Below are positions 17,519 through 20,102 of a stretch of 20,102 bases of DNA, in pieces. The notes under the pieces were generated by a model. That model worked only from the letters and a program-made list of their open reading frames with translations, did not search any database and was not told the origin of the DNA. The stretch's first letter is position 1; each line of letters starts with the position of its first letter. The stretch lies in NCBI GenBank assembly GCA_046293555.1, contig JBKBOT010000029.1:1-20102 (forward strand), read 5' to 3'. Origin of the DNA: Pyrobaculum sp. (lineage in GTDB: Archaea; Thermoproteota; Thermoprotei; Thermoproteales; Thermoproteaceae). The translations under genes were made by a program, and so were the position numbers.

Positions 17519-17943
17519 CCGACGTGGTGACAATCCCAAGGGCTGACTACGAGAAATTACTTCAAGACGTGGCTGCCTTACGAAAAGAGGTAGAAGAGCT
17601 AAGTAACTTACTACTCCCACTCAAGATGGTAATGGAAAACCTACCCCACTACATGGCGGATATCCAAATATTCAAAGTAGTAGCCCCACTCATCTCCATG
17701 CTAGCCATAATGGACCAAGCCGACATAAACGCCTGGGGAGCCGCCATGCAGGGCGGAATTGTTTGTGTAAGCAAGTCGCTAAGAGAAATAGCCGAAAACG
17801 GCGCGCCAAAGATGGGCCTATTCGGCATACTCAAAGCCATGAACGACCCCGAAATACAGAAAGCCATGGGCCTCATGTTCACAATACTAAAGGCAATGGG
17901 CACCTGCATGGAACAAAACCTCAAGACGGTTAGCGAAAAGTAA
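17515..17943 (+). CDS. DUF1641-family protein
   Basis: KMGLFGILKAMNDPEIQKAMGLMFTILKAMG signature, N-terminal coiled coil, ATGA overlap with the SQR-like gene. Confidence 0.8.
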   Translation: MTDVVTIPRADYEKLLQDVAALRKEVEELSNLLLPLKMVMENLPHYMADIQIFKVVAPLISMLAIMDQADINAWGAAMQGGIVCVSKSLREIAENGAPKMGLFGILKAMNDPEIQKAMGLMFTILKAMGTCMEQNLKTVSEK

Positions 17944-17986
17944 CCCAATTTCCATTTTTTCATTTATATACTTCTCCAAACTGTCT

Positions 17987-18538
17987 GTGTCTCTTGTGGC
18001 ACACCACTACTGGGGGACGCCTGGCGGCGGCCAGCTGGTCTGTGCCTCTGTGGCGTATGGTTTTGACCGCCTCGGCCTCCCGCCCGCGCTTTCTGGTACA
18101 TTTAGGTTTGACCCCGGCAAGTATATACAGTGGTACGGCATAGACATAGCCAAATACCCAACCTACACCCTGCCCATCGACGCAAAGGCCTTCGGCCTCT
18201 GGGCCAGGCTATTTGTATGGCTCCCGGCAAAAAAGGCCGTCAAGAGGCTAAAACCCAGGCTGGTCTTTACCGACGAGATTACCTACAAGCCAATTGGCAG
18301 GGGGGACTACATGCTGGTGGAATACATCCACTTCCCATTCGAAGTCTTCATAGACCCCAAATTCAAGGGCACCGGCCTGGCATACGGGGAGGACCCCTAC
18401 ATCACAGAGAGATATCGCAAATTCCCCCTCAGCCTATATTGGAAAATATACCAAAAACTTGTGTCATATGTTGTTAATAAAATACTTTTTCCAATTGTGG
18501 TTAGAGACAACCCGTTTAGGCGGGCTGATGTAGTTTAG
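17987..18538 (+). pseudogene. Truncated GT4-type glycosyltransferase (N-terminal domain only)
   Basis: HHYWGTPGGGQLV, EYIHFP, ends at NPFRRADVV* where xNS and the C-terminal nucleotide-sugar-binding domain would follow; 183 aa. Confidence 0.65.
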
Positions 18539-19671
18539 CTTACACAAATTCTGTGTTTTTCCGCCGAGATGTGTTCTGCCAGCCTGACCTCTACCGCCTT
18601 GCCGTAAATCGTCACAACCCGTGGCCGCATTTGTGTTTTTAATACAGTCACGCCGTCTATAAACATCGCCTTTGTGTTGTTTATTTCACGCATGCCGTTT
18701 ACCGGCCTGAAAGGCCCGCCGTTTCTTGACTCCTCGAGATATACGACGGTGATGTAGACGTCGTTTATCTTAGCGGTAAACGTTGCGGCGCGGATGTAGA
18801 CATAGCTCACCTCTATCCGCCGCACTGCGCCGACGGTGTCCACATAAGCGATTGTGACAGACGGCGGATAAACGCGCTCTATGAAGCCGTCACTAACGAC
18901 AACGAAATCCCCTGGCGTTCTTATTCTGAAATATCGCGCTGTGTATGGCGTCGTCCTGAAGGATTCAACATAACTTTTGTTGTACAGACCGCGGATTTCC
19001 GTATATTCCGGACAATACTTAATGCCAAAGATCGTAACGCAATCTTTAAGCGTGTGTAAGAAATGTAAGTATACAACCTCAGGCTGATACGCCCAGCGCC
19101 AGTCTGTCGTGTTCTGCGCCATCCACGCAAAAGGCGCAGCATAGTCATACCACTCTTCTTCTTTTGTGTCATAAGGGTTCTTCTCATACAATCGTTTTGT
19201 GAAATACGCGTCAACGACATGACGCGGCACCTCATACCCCTTTGCATAGAGATATGCCAACGCTATGCCCTCGGCCACAGCCTCCTGCCGCCAGTCGCCC
19301 CGCAATGGCGTGAACAGATGGGCGATCTCGTGGGCGAGGACATAGGGCTCCACATGCTTTACGTATATGGTACAGCCTTCAGCAATGCCGACGTATCCTT
19401 TCAAATCCGGGCGGAGGTATACAGCTATCTCGCCACAGTGGGTCGTCAAGTTCCTAGAGCGGTAGAATTGCACTATGTCGTCCACAAGGGTGGAGTTCAC
19501 CCGTTCATATTGTGGCGCCAATGAGGCGATATGAAAAGTCGTGGCTGTGGTATATGTCACAACGACGGGCGCATGCGGCCTGTGGTACAAAAAGCCGGCG
19601 TGATACAAAAAGCCGACGGCGGTCAACAACGCCAACACGGCTAACAACACATAATCTCTAGTCATAGCCAT
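18535..19671 (-). CDS. Membrane-anchored/secreted protein with a gluzincin-like Zn-metallopeptidase motif
   Basis: N-terminal hydrophobic segment, VLAHEIAHLF (HEXXH), downstream QEAVAE, several N-x-S/T sequons. Confidence 0.7.
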   Translation of the reverse strand: MAMTRDYVLLAVLALLTAVGFLYHAGFLYHRPHAPVVVTYTTATTFHIASLAPQYERVNSTLVDDIVQFYRSRNLTTHCGEIAVYLRPDLKGYVGIAEGCTIYVKHVEPYVLAHEIAHLFTPLRGDWRQEAVAEGIALAYLYAKGYEVPRHVVDAYFTKRLYEKNPYDTKEEEWYDYAAPFAWMAQNTTDWRWAYQPEVVYLHFLHTLKDCVTIFGIKYCPEYTEIRGLYNKSYVESFRTTPYTARYFRIRTPGDFVVVSDGFIERVYPPSVTIAYVDTVGAVRRIEVSYVYIRAATFTAKINDVYITVVYLEESRNGGPFRPVNGMREINNTKAMFIDGVTVLKTQMRPRVVTIYGKAVEVRLAEHISAEKHRICVS

Positions 19672-19763
19672 GTGTTAGAAGGGTATAAAAAAGGAAAAAA
19701 CTATAGTTTTATGCCTGCGACAATCATTGTTATCCCCACTCAGACGGGTATTTATACGTCACA

Positions 19764-20102
19764 CTACACCGCAACGGCGCGGCCGCGGCCGCGCGGTATG
19801 TAGTAATCATACACCATAGGCGGTTGCTCAACATAATCTATCGGCTTTGCGGTCATAGTCGTTGTCGTCTTTGGAGTCTCAGTCTGGGCAACATTCCCCA
19901 CCTCAGCAGAAGGCCGCGTAGTCGATGTTGTAGACGTCGTAGTGGTCGTAGTTGGATGTGTTGCAGTAGTAGTCGTTTGAGGTCTTGTTGTAGACGTCTG
20001 TTGAGTGTTTGTAGCAGTTGTTTTCGGCTGTCCAACCACATAGTCCACAGGCCTAGCGACAGATGTTGTGGTGCCCGTGGTGGCCTTAGTCGTCTCTTGT
20101 GT
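19764..20102 (-). CDS. C-terminal part of a Thr-rich (surface/linker-like) protein; starts outside the window
   Basis: Frame is open to the window edge (TQETTKATTGTTTSVARPVDYV...), with long Thr tracts. Confidence 0.65.
   Translation of the reverse strand, partial: TQETTKATTGTTTSVARPVDYVVGQPKTTATNTQQTSTTRPQTTTTATHPTTTTTTSTTSTTRPSAEVGNVAQTETPKTTTTMTAKPIDYVEQPPMVYDYYIPRGRGRAVAV

Noticed and set aside
244-17963. Numerous antisense or overlapping ORFs (e.g. 3430-4125, 5288-5953, 15986-16600)
   Set aside because: They are shadows of well-supported genes, with no motifs or promoters.
19850-20102. Repetitive GTA/GTC/GTT tracts as CRISPR or satellite
   Set aside because: Explained by Thr codon runs on the minus strand; no repeat-spacer structure.

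Overview
Archaeal chromosomal window. The leaderless TATA-box promoters, LysW pathway and ATGA-coupled operons suggest Thermoproteales, probably Pyrobaculum-like (inference). Contents: a divergent amino-acid biosynthesis cluster (minus: degenerate lysX/argX-like, lysY, lysZ, lysW, and the start of a probable argG; plus: thrC, aspartokinase, asd, hom), acs with an MFS-CBS transporter, a psr/phs-type Mo-oxidoreductase ABC, two RHH-like small proteins, SQR with DUF1641, a truncated glycosyltransferase, a secreted HEXXH protein and the end of a Thr-rich protein. Main finding: three biosynthetic genes have their best-supported ATG out of frame with the enzyme ORF. In each, the ATG frame reads GAN-TCG-GGG followed by a codon for the pathway end product, and a -1 slip on G-GGG enters the enzyme frame. 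thrC reads TCG GGG ACA (Thr). The probable argG reads TCG GGG CGA (Arg). The head of the LysW operon has three tandem sites, TCG GGG CCA / GAG GGG AAA / GTG GGG CGA (Pro, Lys, Arg). This looks like an amino-acid-starvation-sensing ('hungry codon') programmed -1 frameshift regulon. I do not know of a prior description, but I could not search the literature.
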